This document shows positions 10,335 through 21,798 of a stretch of DNA of 64,000 nt, one piece after another (within the stretch, counting starts at the first letter, position 1; each line of letters begins with the position of its first letter). A program made the translations under genes and the position numbers. Source of the DNA: Longimicrobiales bacterium (GTDB lineage: Bacteria > Gemmatimonadota > Gemmatimonadetes > Longimicrobiales > Gaopeijiaceae); NCBI GenBank assembly GCA_965218295.1, contig CBDCKN010000006.1, positions 1 through 64,000 on the forward strand. Reading direction: 5' to 3'. The notes beneath the pieces are model-generated. The model saw nothing but the letters and a program-made list of their open reading frames with translations, did no database searches and was not told the DNA's origin.

Positions 10335-12583
10335 CTAGCCCTCCGATCGGTCGCCTCCGCCAGTAGAGCCGTCGTCTCGCTTGGTCTCGCCGAGAAGCTC
10401 TTCCATCTCCTCGTCAGTGAGCCCTATACTGTCGAAGTCGACATCGTCGTGGCTCCCTCCGACGGGTGACGGATCCGGCGCCACAGGCGCCGGGGACTTT
10501 GTCGACTGTGGTACGACGTCCGCCTTGGAAGAGGTCCCGGCGGAATCCTCACGCGTCGCCTCGTCACTTGGCTTGGGGGTCGCCTTCGTGATGGGCTCGC
10601 CTCGCCAGGCCCCCAGAACCTCGATGAGCTCCTTGCTGTCCCGTGTGCGGAAGAAGTATGCCCGCCCCTTCGTGGGCCGCATGTAGATACCGGGCCGGAT
10701 CAACCCCATCGACATAGGGAAGCAGCGGAAGAGGTCCTTGCTGAGCCAGACCTTGTGGAAGCGTCGCAGCGAGATCTCCTCGAGATCCTCGGGCTTGAAG
10801 ACCCTGGAGCGATACGCCAGCGACTTGACTCGCAGGTGATCCGGGAAGATCAGGAGCTTCCTGGGAAAGCGAGACAGATAGACCAGGAACAGAGCTAGGA
10901 CCGAGAAGAGCATTAGGGCATAGCTCGCCGTTCGGATCGTGTAATCGTCCACCGTCGCCACATAGGTGAGCGTGATCCACTGGAGGCCGAAGAAGGTGAG
11001 TCGGGCCAGGACGAGGCCCACACCCCCGATGGCTAGGACCGCCACGACCCCGAAAACGATGGGCATTCGGAATCGTGCCACATACCGGATGTCGCTCATC
11101 GTGACTGGGCTCGTGAGGCCCCATCCGACGATCCGAACGGCCACCCACACGAGGATCAGAAGAGCCGCCACCATGATCCCCTGGGTGACCGGATGGATGT
11201 GCAAGACGGACAGGACCTGCCGCTCGGGCACCAGGTTTCGCGCCGCGAACGAGGCGATCTCTTTCTGGGTCACGCCCTCGTAGAACCCGAGGACGTCCGG
11301 GAAGTCCGTGAACGTGTCCGGGTCGTAGAAGTTGCGGTGCACCCAGAAGTTCAGGGCCGCCGACGTCTGATTTCCGCTCCGGAGACGCTCGATGATGGCC
11401 GTCCGGTCCGCCTCGAAGGCGATGGGGTCCAGGGTGCCGGTCCGGAGTGCTTCGATCTCCTCCTCGATGACACCGAGAGCGAAGTCGTATTCATCTTCGT
11501 CGATAGAGCCTCTCACCTGGAGGAACCCGGCGGGGCCCCTCTTGGAGGACGCCACCTGGAGGCTGTAGACCGCCTTCTGCTCACCATAGCGCAGGCGCTG
11601 GTTGAGGCGCCGATTGAGCAGATCCCGTGTGAAGAGGATCATGAGCTCGTCCTCGGCGCTGGGGTGGTAGAACTTATAGCGCGCCGTGTAGCGCACGTTG
11701 GAGGGAAAGCCCCAGGCGTAGGTGGCACTCATCCTGTTCGGATCCTGAATGGCGATCTCGCGGGGAGAAACCGAGCGTCTCGGGAGAGTTCCGAAAGTGC
11801 TCTCAGCCGTTGCCAGCGCTTCGTCACGAGCCAGGTCACCTACGATCGTGAGGGTCATGGCCGCCGGCACGTAGCAGGTGTCGTAGAAGCCGCGCAGGTC
11901 CTCCGGCGTGATGGCGTGTAGGGTGGCCCATCGGTCCAGTGGCCGAAGGCCGCGCGTGTTCATCCCGTACTCTTTTTGCCAGAAGTCGGGTGGCATGAGC
12001 ACGGATGGGTTGATGAACGCCCAAACGTGCTCGAAGATCTCACGGGGCCTGGTGTTCGTCTCGAGGGCGATAGGCTGCCGATTTCGCTCCACCACCTCCG
12101 GATCCATGGCGTGGGGCGAGACGATACGGGAGAGCCACTCGATGGCGAAGAGCCCGTGTCGCTTGTCGATGGTGGCGTAGTACCAGGTGTGATCCGCCGT
12201 GGTGAAGCCGTTGCGCCGTCCTCCGAGTCCCTCGATGGCGTCCTTCACCTCCTGCTCGGATCGACCCTCGTGGTCCGAGAAGAGCATGTGCTCCGTGAAG
12301 TGGGCCAGGCCTTCCTTTCCGCGAGGATCCCAGTACGAGCCGAACGGGACCGCGACGCTGACGGAGACGTTGGGGGCGTCGGACAGACGCTTGAACCAGA
12401 CCTTGAGCCCGTTGGCGAGAAAGTGCGTCTCGAAGGCGAGAAGGGATTTGCTCCCGGCTGTCGGACGGGATCGACCGCGTCCGCGGCCTGGGCGAACGAG
12501 TCCGGCTCCTGCGCCCGGCCGAAGCCGGGCGTCATGAGCAGTCCCGCGAGGAGGGTAGCCGTGGCGGCTGATTTTGGGCTCAT
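10335..12583 (-). pseudogene. M16 (insulinase-family) zinc peptidase with C-terminal membrane domain, frameshifted near 12440
   Basis: Signal peptide from ATG 12583; after the shift LANGLKVW...GLAHFTEHMLF (HxxEH) and NGFT; three C-terminal TM segments. Confidence 0.8.
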
Positions 12584-12780
12584 TACCGTCACTTTCGAGC
12601 AGTTCTTTCCGTGGTGTTCAGCATAGCGCCACCTCGCTGCCGAGCAAAGGAGCTCTCCTGACAGTGGGACGGTTGCCGGGCCGGAGATGCGCTGACACCT
12701 TTCGGCGTGACTCGGCGGGGAGTCCTCGGACTGCCGGGGTCTCCACACAAATGGGACGACCGAAAGCCGCATACGGTTCC

Positions 12781-13341
12781 ATGTCTTTTCGTTTCGAGCG
12801 ACTCGAGATACCGGACGTGATCCGGATCACACCGGCCCGGTACGGCGATCAGCGGGGCTTCTTTTCGGAGACGTACCGTGCATCCGCTTTCGAGGAAGGC
12901 GGGGTGCCGGACATCTTCGTCCAGGACAACCACGCTCGTTCCACCCGTGGCGTGTTGCGTGGTCTGCACTTCCAGGCGCCACCGCAGGCCCAGGCCAAGC
13001 TCGTCTGCGTCGTCCATGGCGAGGTCTTCGACGTGGCGGTGGATCTGCGGGTCGGATCGCCCACCTTCGGCGGCTGGGTGGGAGGGGTGCTTTCTGGAGA
13101 AGAGGGGGAGATCCTCTACATCCCCCGCGGGTTTGCCCACGGATATCTCTGCCTGAGCGAAGCGGCGGACCTGGTTTACAAGGTATCCGCCGAGTTCGAC
13201 GCGGACCTCGACGGCGGCATCGCTTGGGACGACCCTTCGGTGGGGATCCCGTGGCCGCTCAACGATCCCGTTCTCTCGGAGCGTGATCAGACGCTACCCC
13301 TTCTCCAGGATGCCTTCAGTCCCTTCCGGTACGGAGAATGA
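12781..13341 (+). CDS. rfbC: dTDP-4-dehydrorhamnose 3,5-epimerase
   Basis: DQRGFFSE, QDNH, GVLRGLHFQ, DVAVDLRVGSPTFG, GFAHG. Confidence 0.95.
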   Translation: MSFRFERLEIPDVIRITPARYGDQRGFFSETYRASAFEEGGVPDIFVQDNHARSTRGVLRGLHFQAPPQAQAKLVCVVHGEVFDVAVDLRVGSPTFGGWVGGVLSGEEGEILYIPRGFAHGYLCLSEAADLVYKVSAEFDADLDGGIAWDDPSVGIPWPLNDPVLSERDQTLPLLQDAFSPFRYGE

Positions 13342-13709
13342 CGGACGCCACGCAGCAGGCACCCGGCGAGAATCCGTCGGAGCCCTGGATTGAAACCCGC
13401 GAGGGCATGCTCTTCTTCGTGAATGCCCTCTTCGTCATTCCGGAGTACTGCGTGCTCTTTCCCCTGGGGCTGCGGACACTCCTCCGAGGCCTCGGGCTGG
13501 GGCAGCCCTCAGTGTTCCTGGACACGCTCCCGACGTTGGCGACTCACTTCTTGCCCTACGTGGGTTGGATCCTGCTCCTGCCTATCGGTCTCATCTTCAA
13601 GAACTTCAAAGTGGACCGTAGCCGGTGGCGGCGGGGCGTTCTCGCGCTCTTCCTGCTCTCCCACGTCGGCTTCTTGAGGTACACCGTCTACCTGTGGTTC
13701 GGGATCTGA
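13338..13709 (+). CDS. Hypothetical membrane protein
   Basis: ATGA overlap with rfbC; about 3 hydrophobic helices. Confidence 0.65.
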   Translation: MTDATQQAPGENPSEPWIETREGMLFFVNALFVIPEYCVLFPLGLRTLLRGLGLGQPSVFLDTLPTLATHFLPYVGWILLLPIGLIFKNFKVDRSRWRRGVLALFLLSHVGFLRYTVYLWFGI

Positions 13710-13717
13710 GGCGACAC

Positions 13718-14380
13718 GTGGACGAGCACCACATCCAGGTCTCCAGGACGGCCCGCTAATTCACCCTGGGCACCGCCGGCCCCGACACGCGCCAGCTGTG
13801 GCTCGTCTGCCATGGATACCGACAGCTCGCCCGGCGATTCCTACGCCGTTTCCGGGGCCTGGATGAAGGCTCTCGCCTCATCGTGGCGCCCGAAGGCCTG
13901 TCGCGCTTCTACCTCGACGACGGCACACGCCAGCACGGTCCCGACGATACCATCGGCGCCACGTGGATGACCAGAGAGGACCGGCTGAGTGAGATCCGCG
14001 ACTACACACGGTATCTCGATGCGGTCGTCGAAGAGGTGCAGGAGGAGATGGGTGGACCGCCCGAGGGCCTCATCGTCCTGGGCTTCTCCCAGGGGGTCCA
14101 CACGGCCTGCCGGTGGGTGGTCGCGGGAGAGATGCCCGTACGGCTGCTAGTCTGTTGGGGCGCCTACCCGCCCGACGACCTCGACGGGGAGCGGGGCCCC
14201 GCCCGCCTAGCCGGCACTGATCTGGTGCTGGCTCGTGGTCTGTCGGACCACTACGTCTCGGACGCGGCCCACCGACGCCAAGAGGCAAGGCTGGCGGAAA
14301 TGGGCGTCCCATTTCGCACGCTGACGCATCCCGGCGGCCACGACCTGGACGGAGATCTCCTGCGGGAGCTTGCCGGGTAG
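13718..14380 (+). pseudogene. Alpha/beta-hydrolase (phospholipase/carboxylesterase) with a nonsense codon at 13757-13759
   Basis: MDEHHIQVSRTAR*FTLG...CHGY...APEGLSRFY...GFSQG...GGH. Confidence 0.8.
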
Positions 14381-14386
14381 CCTACC

Positions 14387-15331
14387 TCAGAACTCCCCCA
14401 CGAAGGTGATCTCCGGAACCAGGTCGTGGCCCTGCTCCCGGGCCACGGTCTCCTGAGCAAGGTCGATGAGGGCCCGGACGTCGGCTGACGTGGCTCCCCC
14501 CAGGTTGACGATGATGTTGGCGTGCCCGGAGAAGATCTGAGCGCCCCCGTGTACTCGCCCCTTGAGGCCACACTCGTCGATGAGCCGTCCCGCCCCGATC
14601 CCTTCGATTTTCTTGAAGATCGACCCGGCGCTGGCGTGGACCCGGAGGTCCGGATGCCGGTCCTTGCGCCACTCGAGATTTTCGCTCATGACCCGGCGAA
14701 GCTCCTCTTCGGGTGCTCGCGCAAGGCGAAAGTCCACGGACAGGACCACGTCGTCCCGTTCGTGCAGGATGCTGTAATCGTATCCGAAATCGAAGTAGTC
14801 CCGATCCACCGTGCGCCGCTCGCCCTCTTCGGTGAGGATCTCGGCGGCCTCGACTATCTCTTCGATGAAGATCGTGCGCTCTCGCTCCGGGGCGGGGGAG
14901 AGGAAGTGCAGGTTCTGCCACATGGCCCCTCCCACCGTGCTCGGGATGCCAACGAAGTGATGGAGACCGGCCAGTCCTCGGCTGACGGTGGCCTCGATGA
15001 GATCCGGGTAGGTGTCGACTCCGGAGCCGGCCCTCACCAGATCCGACTCGAGGAAGTCCACAGCCCGTACCTCACAGCGGATCACGACGCCGCGGAATCC
15101 ACCGTCGCCCACGAGAACGTTGGCGCCCTTACCTAGCAGAAAGTGCGGAATCCCCAACTCCCGTACAGCCAGGACCGATTCGACGAGCTCGTCGGCGGTA
15201 CGAGCACGAAACAGCCGGTCCGCCGTCCCTCCGATCCTGAACGTGGTGAGAGGTGCCAGGGGGGCGTCCACCTCGAGCCGCTCCGAGCCCAGCCTGCGCT
15301 CGAGCTCGCTGAAGGGCTGGGTGTCCGCCAT
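14387..15331 (-). CDS. murB: UDP-N-acetylenolpyruvoylglucosamine reductase
   Basis: TTFRIGG, GIPSTVGGA, SAGSIFK, HANIIVNLG. Confidence 0.92.
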   Translation of the reverse strand: MADTQPFSELERRLGSERLEVDAPLAPLTTFRIGGTADRLFRARTADELVESVLAVRELGIPHFLLGKGANVLVGDGGFRGVVIRCEVRAVDFLESDLVRAGSGVDTYPDLIEATVSRGLAGLHHFVGIPSTVGGAMWQNLHFLSPAPERERTIFIEEIVEAAEILTEEGERRTVDRDYFDFGYDYSILHERDDVVLSVDFRLARAPEEELRRVMSENLEWRKDRHPDLRVHASAGSIFKKIEGIGAGRLIDECGLKGRVHGGAQIFSGHANIIVNLGGATSADVRALIDLAQETVAREQGHDLVPEITFVGEF

Positions 15332-15487
15332 CGTTCTCCGGTCTCTCTCGGTTGTCTTCATCTGGTCGGGCCGCGGCAAGATAGGCTAGCATTGAAGTCG
15401 CAGAAACAGATGTGCATGAAGCGGGCCACTTCCGGCCGGCCGTGATCGTGCCGGCTGAGGCCTCGGGAAGGGCGAGGAGCCGGGCTC

Positions 15488-16018
15488 CTAGTTCTCCCCC
15501 TCGCGGTGGTAGTGTCCGTCGAAGGCCACGGACCAGTTCTTACCGTCGTCGATGGACGTCTCCCAGAGCTGCCGAACATGATCCGGGTCCCCGTTCACAA
15601 CCGACCAGGTGATGCGGTTAATGATGGGAACGCCGCCCCGGCCGATTCCCGGACCTTCGGGGACCATGCTCCCCTCGTCGAGCTCGCCCTCTAGCTGAAG
15701 CAGGAGCCCTCCGCTGTCGACCCAGCTCTGGTGCCACACCCCGCGGGTGCCGTCGTAAATGTTGAAGCTCTCCCCAGCGTAGCCCCCGGGGGTCGTGTAG
15801 CTCTCGTGAAGGAAGCATTCACCCCTGCGTAGGATGGTGTTGTGCCCGACGACGGTGCCGTCGGGACGCTCCACCCGCCAGCTCCCCACCCAGAAGTCGA
15901 ACTGGCGATGCTCCGGCCCGGTGCAGGCCTGCGTCTGGGCGGAAAGGCCGGCCGGCATGGCCAAAGACCCGGAGACCAGCAGGACGGGGAGGAGGTGCCG
16001 GAGTCGAATGGGGGACAT
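15488..16018 (-). CDS. Secreted hypothetical protein (DUF1579-like beta-barrel)
   Basis: Signal peptide; RQFDFWVGSW, WHQSWVD, SIDDGKNWSVAFDG. Confidence 0.75.
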   Translation of the reverse strand: MSPIRLRHLLPVLLVSGSLAMPAGLSAQTQACTGPEHRQFDFWVGSWRVERPDGTVVGHNTILRRGECFLHESYTTPGGYAGESFNIYDGTRGVWHQSWVDSGGLLLQLEGELDEGSMVPEGPGIGRGGVPIINRITWSVVNGDPDHVRQLWETSIDDGKNWSVAFDGHYHREGEN

Positions 16019-16243
16019 AACGGGCGTCCTCGATGTTCAACGCGAAACTGGTGCTCGTGATGGCCAACATACGCTCAGCCTTTAGTGTCTGCACGGATCC
16101 TCCCGGCAGGTGAGCTCGTTTTCATATGTGTTCGCTAATGGGAAAGAGGATCCCGCAGGCGAGCAGATCGAACGGGATACCGGAAGGGCGTGCGGCGCAT
16201 GTAAACCATTCATATGAAATAGGTTAAGTGAAATTCCAGACTC

Positions 16244-16260
16244 TGGCACGAAGATTTCCT
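16244..16260 (+). promoter_or_regulatory. Possible sigma54 (-24/-12) promoter of the tolC operon
   Basis: TGGCACG-AAGA-TTTCC (perfect -24, deviant -12), preceded by an AT-rich tract at 16202-16236. Confidence 0.45.
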
Positions 16261-16401
16261 AGGAAGTGGACGAATGCGGACTGTGGGATTCGATCGGAGG
16301 GTGCGGTGCACGGCGCCGTAGTGGCGGTTGGCGAAGTTAGCTGGCTCCGGTCGAATCCCTTTCCGCTTTTTCGATACCAAGCGGCACTGTGGAGGTAGGA
16401 C

Positions 16402-19315
16402 GTGATGCGAGTCCTGGATCTCGATATGAACCATGCGAAGCGAGCCCTGACCATGACTGCGGCGGCCTTGATGGCCACGGCGGCTATGGCGCTTGGGCAG
16501 GAAACAGTACGACTGACCCTCGAGGGCGCCATCGACCTCGCCCGACAGAACAACCCGACCTTCTTGGCCACCCAAAACGACGAGGCCGCTTCGGACTGGG
16601 CCGTGAGGGAAGCGGTCACCAACCTGTTCATTCCATCCCTCACGACCTTCGGGCAGTTAGCCTTTCGGGCTCCAGGCGTATCGCGGATCGGGACGATCAA
16701 CACCGGCGGCGTCGACCAGGGCGCTCTGCACACTTCGTTCTATCTGGTCCAAGCCTCCTACACCTTCGATGGAAACACCATCTTCGGCGTGAGCAGCGCC
16801 AGGGCCGATCGAAAGGCCACCCATGCGCGCACAGAGGCGGCGGAGTTCACCATGGAATCACTGGTGACGCTCCAGTACATGACTGCCCTCCGTGCCCGGG
16901 ATCAGGTGGAGGTCGCCCGGCGCCAGGTCGAGCGCTCCCTCGAAGACCTCGAGATCGCACAGGCTCGTGTGGATGCCCAGGCCGCCATCGTCACCGACGC
17001 CAAGCAGGCCCAGGTGCAGATGGGCCGGGACTCGGTGGCGCTGCTCCAGTTCGAGTCGGCGCGTCGGGTGGAGACGTTCCGCCTCCTGGAGAGCTAGGAT
17101 CAAAGGGTGTGTAAAAAGAGAGGCGACGTACCTTTCCGCTGAGTAATAACCAGCGAACTCCGGGTGACAGCCCGGGGGAAAGGAACGACGCCTCGTGAGG
17201 AAGAATACGGTGGGACCCGAGGGTGAGTCCAGGACGCCCGTGTGGGAAGTTCTGGAAGAAGTGGTTCGGGAGAAGGCGCAGGAGTTCATTCAACAGATCT
17301 TGGAGGAGGAAGTCACGGAGTTGCTAGGGCGAGAGAAGTCAGAGCGCAGGAGGGTGGTGGACGCGACCGAGGGCTACCGCAACGGATACGGCAAGCCGAG
17401 GCGGCCTGGCGATGAGCTCGGGCACGATCACACTCCGACGCCCTCGAGTTCGAGGCCTTGAGGAGCGGTTCGAGAGCCGCGTGCTGCCGTTGTTCGCGAG
17501 GCGGACGAAGGAGCTGGGCGCTCTGCTTCCGGAGCTGTATCTGCACGGACTGGCGGAGGGAGACTTCGAGTTGGCGATGCGGGGCCTGCTGGGCGAGGGG
17601 GCACCGCTGTCGAAGTCTTCGATTCGGCGGCTGCGGGCGGGATGGACGGCGGAGTTCGAGGAATGGAGCCAGCGTCGCCTGGAGGGTCGTGAGGTCGTCT
17701 ACGTGTGGGCGGACGGGATCTATGTGAAGGCAGGGCTGGAGCGGGACAAAGCGGCGCTGCTGGTGGTGCTGGGTGCCATGCGAGACGGGACGAAAGAGGT
17801 GTTGGCCCTGAGAGCGGGCTACCGAGAGTCGGTCGAGTCCTGGTCCGAGGTGTTGCGGGACCTGAAGGCACGCGGCATCGAGGCGCCCCGGCTTCTGATG
17901 GCGGACGGTAACGCTGCGATCTGGGGCGCAGTACGGCAGGTATGGCCTGAGGCGGGTGAGCAACGGTGCTGGAACCACAAGATGAGGAACGTGCTGGACC
18001 GACTACCTCAGCGGGAGCAGGGCGAGGCGAAGGATCTTCTCCGGGCCGTGGTCTACGCACCGAGCCGGGCCGAGGCCCTGAAGGCCCGCGAGGTGTTCGC
18101 CCGACGCTATAGGCCGTGGTATCCGAAAGCAGTGGACGTACTCGAGGACGACTGGGAGCGGATGGTAGCGTTCTACGACTTCCCCGAGGACCACTGGAAG
18201 CATCTACGCACGACGAACGTGGTCGAGAGCCCGTTCGCCGCGGTACGGCTCAGGACGACAGCAGCGAAGCGGTTCAAGCGGGTCGAGAGCGCTACGGCGC
18301 TAATCTGGAAGTTGCTCTTGGTGGCTGAGAAGCGGTTCCGAAGGCTCGACGCTCCTCACCTCCTCAAGGACGTATTTGAAGGAAGAAAGTTCGAAGACGG
18401 AAAGCCCGTCTCACACCAACAGCGGAAGAACGCCGCCTAATACGTTTACACACCTATTGACCCAACCTCCTCCTGGAGACCGTCGGATTGAACATTGAGG
18501 ACGACGTCGAGCTCGTGAGCGAGTTCAGCGTGTTCGGACCCACCTGGACCAACACGGCGCTGATCTCTCGTGCTCTGGAGTCGCATCCCCAACTCAAGGC
18601 CTTTGTGGCCAGCGAGGGCGCCCGCAAGGCGAATCTTCGACAGGCCAGAAGCACGTACTTTCCGAGCGTGACGCTCGCTGGCCTGTGGTCCGGCTTCACG
18701 CAGGAGATCCAGAACGGCCAGTTCTTGGTGAACGGCGCGGAGCGCGGAGTCCTGGGGAGCATTGCGGACTGCGAGCTGTTCAACGGCATCTCGGCCGGCC
18801 TCAGCACACCCTTGACGGGATTCCCGCAGGACTGCTCGTCCTTCACCCTCACGGATGCCGGTCGTGCCGCGATCCTCGCGGGCAACGACGTCTTCCCGTT
18901 CAACTTCAACAAGCAGCCTTTTCGGGCAGAGCTGAACATCAGCCTTCCGATCTTCACCGGATTCAGCCGGGAGCGGCAGGTGTCGCAGGCTGCTAACGCC
19001 TACGAGGACGCCGTCCACTTCCGTCGCGCCGAGGAGCTCCGTCTCAGGACCGCGGTCACGTCGGCCCACGACGCCCTGGCGACGGCGTACAACGTGGTAC
19101 AGGTCGAGGAGCGGAACCGTGTGGTGGCCGGAGAGCAGCTAGAGCTCGCTCGGGCCCGCTACAGCCTGGGAGCGGACAACTTCCTGGTGCTGCTCGACGC
19201 GGAGCGCACGATGGCCGACGCGGAACGGGCGTATCTCGACGGGCTGTATACATTCCATATCGAGCTGGCGAACCTGGAGAACGCAGTGGGGTGGAGGCTC
19301 CGCCCTGAAGCATAG
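16402..19315 (+). pseudogene. TolC-family outer membrane efflux protein interrupted by IS256
   Basis: Removing 17091-18477 restores the frame (FRLLE|TVGLNIEDDVEL); LTLEGAIDLARQNNP and LNISLPIFTGF motifs. Confidence 0.9.
17091..18469 (+). mobile_element. IS256-family insertion sequence, copy 1 (transposase 17195-18440 frameshifted by one extra C near 17405)
   Basis: Imperfect TIRs GAGCTAGGATCAAAGGGTGTGTAAA / GAGGTTGGGTCAATAGGTGTGTAAA; 8-bp TSD CTCCTGGA at 17083-17090 and 18470-18477. Confidence 0.95.
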
Positions 19316-19386
19316 ACCGGATAACGACTATTACGTCGAGCGGCCGCGGCTGAGTCGGCGTCGAACCACTAGAGAGTGAGGAAGTC

Positions 19387-20640
19387 GTGGACATCCCCCG
19401 TGATCCCAAACCGAAGACCAGGAAGAGGGTCATCCAGTGGTCGGTTGCGGCCATCGCCGTCATCCTGATCACGGGTGTGCTCAGAAACCTCCAGCCGGCG
19501 GCCCCCAGCGTGGACGCCGCCACCGTCTGGATGGACACGGTTCAGCATGGGACCATGGTGCGGCAGGTCCGAGGTCCTGGCACGCTGGTGCCCGAGCGGA
19601 TGCGATGGCTCACGGCTCTCACGGCCGGCCGGATCGAGCAGATCATGGTTCTGCCCGGCACGGAGATCGAGGCGAGCACGGTGATCATTCGGATGAGCAA
19701 TCCGGACGTCGTAGTGCAGCTGCTCCAGTCCCAGCAGCAGCTCTCCAACGCCGAGGCGGCGCTAATCCAGCTGCGCGCGACATTGCAGACACAGGCCCTC
19801 ACGCAGGCAGGACTGGTGGCCCAGACGCGTACTCTGTATCGGAACGCTCAGCGGGATCATGCCACGAATCAGCGCCTCTACGACACCAACGTGCAGCTCG
19901 TGGCCGCCACCGAGCTTGCCAGAACCGGCGACGCGGTGTCCGAGTTCGGCGAGCGCATCGAGCTCGAGGAGGAGCGGCTCGCCGTCTTGGAGGCCTCCTT
20001 CGATGACCAGCTCAACGCCCAGCAGATCCAGATCAATCGACTCTCGGACATCGTCGAGTTCAATCGGGACCGGGTCGCGTCTCTCGAAGTGACGGCAGGC
20101 GTCTCTGGCGTTTTGGCTGAGATGCCGCTGGAGGAAGGTCAATGGGTCCAGTCCGGTGGTACACTGGCCCGCGTTGTGCAGCCGAGGCGCCTGAAGGCGG
20201 AGATCCGAATCCCCCAGACGCAGGCCCAGGACATCGCGGCCGGCCAGGTGGCGTACATCGACACCCGGAACGACACCATCGTGGGTCGTGTCGTCCGCAT
20301 CGACCCCTCCGTGCAAAACGGTACGGTGACGATCGACGTGGCGCTCCCGGCCGAGCTGCCGCGGAGTGCTCGACCTGATCTGAGCGTGGACGGGAACGTG
20401 GTGATCCAGCGACTGGACGACGTGACCTACGTCGGTCGGCCGGCATACGGCCAGGCCAACCAGCGGGTCGGTATGTTCATCTTGGTGGAGGATGGCCAGT
20501 ACGCCGTGCGCGTCAACGTCATGCTCGGGGCCAGCTCGGTCAACGAGATCGAAGTGAAGGAAGGCCTCCAACCCGACGATATCGTGATCCTTTCGGACAT
20601 GTCCCAGTGGGACGGGTTCGATCGGGTTCGCTTGAGGTAG
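19387..20640 (+). CDS. Efflux periplasmic adaptor subunit (HlyD/MacA-like)
   Basis: TM anchor, VRGPGTLVP, coiled coil, GRVVRIDPSVQNGTVTIDV, RPDLSVDG. Confidence 0.9.
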   Translation: MDIPRDPKPKTRKRVIQWSVAAIAVILITGVLRNLQPAAPSVDAATVWMDTVQHGTMVRQVRGPGTLVPERMRWLTALTAGRIEQIMVLPGTEIEASTVIIRMSNPDVVVQLLQSQQQLSNAEAALIQLRATLQTQALTQAGLVAQTRTLYRNAQRDHATNQRLYDTNVQLVAATELARTGDAVSEFGERIELEEERLAVLEASFDDQLNAQQIQINRLSDIVEFNRDRVASLEVTAGVSGVLAEMPLEEGQWVQSGGTLARVVQPRRLKAEIRIPQTQAQDIAAGQVAYIDTRNDTIVGRVVRIDPSVQNGTVTIDVALPAELPRSARPDLSVDGNVVIQRLDDVTYVGRPAYGQANQRVGMFILVEDGQYAVRVNVMLGASSVNEIEVKEGLQPDDIVILSDMSQWDGFDRVRLR

Positions 20641-20655
20641 TAGACGTGAAACAGG

Positions 20656-20955
20656 CTCTCGGGCGGTCAGCAGCAGCGTGTGGCCGTAGCCCGCGCTATC
20701 GTGGGCAGGCCCCTCATCCTGCTGGCGGACGAGCCGACGGGTAACCTGGACTCGAAGAACGGCAACGCGGTCATGGACCTGATGCGTGAGCTCCACGACG
20801 AAAGGGCTACGATCTGCATAGTGACGCACGATCCGCGTTACGCCACGGTGGCGGAGCGCTCGGTGCATCTCTTCGACGGCCAGGTCGTCGACGAGGAGGA
20901 CGCCAAGCGGGCGGAGCATGCGCATGAGCTCGAAGAGAGCGGCTTCGACGTCTAG
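20656..20955 (+). pseudogene. C-terminal remnant of an ABC ATP-binding protein
   Basis: Begins at LSGGQQQRVAVARA...LLADEPTGNLDS; no Walker A half. Confidence 0.85.
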
Positions 20956-20996
20956 CGGAAGCGCTGTCCATCTCGACGTTGACGGGCTCCCCCGAG

Positions 20997-21055
20997 TGTC
21001 CGATTTTGGGACACCCACTCCTGAGGAGGGGAGCTTGGGAGGCACGATCGCTGCC
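20997..21055 (+). promoter_or_regulatory. Palindromic operator TGTCC-N7-GGACA followed by a possible sigma54 promoter
   Basis: TGTCCGATTTTGGGACA at 20997-21013; GGCACGATCGCTGC (GG-N10-GC) at 21041-21054. Confidence 0.45.
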
Positions 21056-21112
21056 TGAGGGAAGCCTGTCTCCAACGCCCGCCATCGAGTAACTCATTCA
21101 ACTCCTGGAACC

Positions 21113-21786
21113 ATGGCACTGATCAAGACGAGGGGAATCGAGAAGTCGTACAAGACCGGGGCGGGCGAGACGTTCGTCCTGCGACGGATCGATCTGGAGA
21201 TCGGTGCGGGTGATTTCGTGACCATCATGGGTCCCTCGGGAGCCGGTAAGTCGACGCTGCTGTCCATTCTCGGGATGCTCGACGGTGACTGGCGTGGAGA
21301 GTACTGGCTCGGCGACGAGCCGGTCCACGCCATGCGCCCACGGTCCCGCATCGAGCTGAACAAGCGCTACATCGGCTTCGTTTTCCAGCAATATCACCTG
21401 CTCGACGATCTCTCGGTCTACGAGAACATCGAGATCCCGCTCTCGTACCGGAACGTGAAGCGCCAGGAGCGTCAGGCCATCGTGGCGGACTCGTTGGATC
21501 GGTTCCCAGATCGTGGGGAAGAAGGACCTCTATCCGACCCAGCTCTCTGGCGGTCAGCAGCAGCTCGTCGCTGTAGCCCGGGCCGTCATCGCCGAGCCGA
21601 AGGTGATCCTGGCCGACGAGCCCACGGGCAGCCTCCACTCGAGCCAGGGCCGCATGATCATGGATCTCCTGGCCCAGCTCAACGGTGAGGGGACCACGAT
21701 CATCCAGGGTCACCCACAACGAGGACTATGCTGCCTACGGGGAGCGCATCATCCAGCTGAAGGACGGCTGGATCGTGGACGAATAG
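21113..21786 (+). pseudogene. ABC transporter ATP-binding protein (LolD/MacB-like) with two +1 frameshifts
   Basis: [28 protein letters not shown]; extra base in ccc 21505-21507 and in ggg 21707-21709. Confidence 0.85.
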
Positions 21787-21798
21787 GACTCTAGCAGC

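Noticed and set aside
13757..13759. Stop-codon recoding in the esterase
   Set aside because: TAA at a non-catalytic position; TAA is used as a normal stop elsewhere in the window (infC, transposase)
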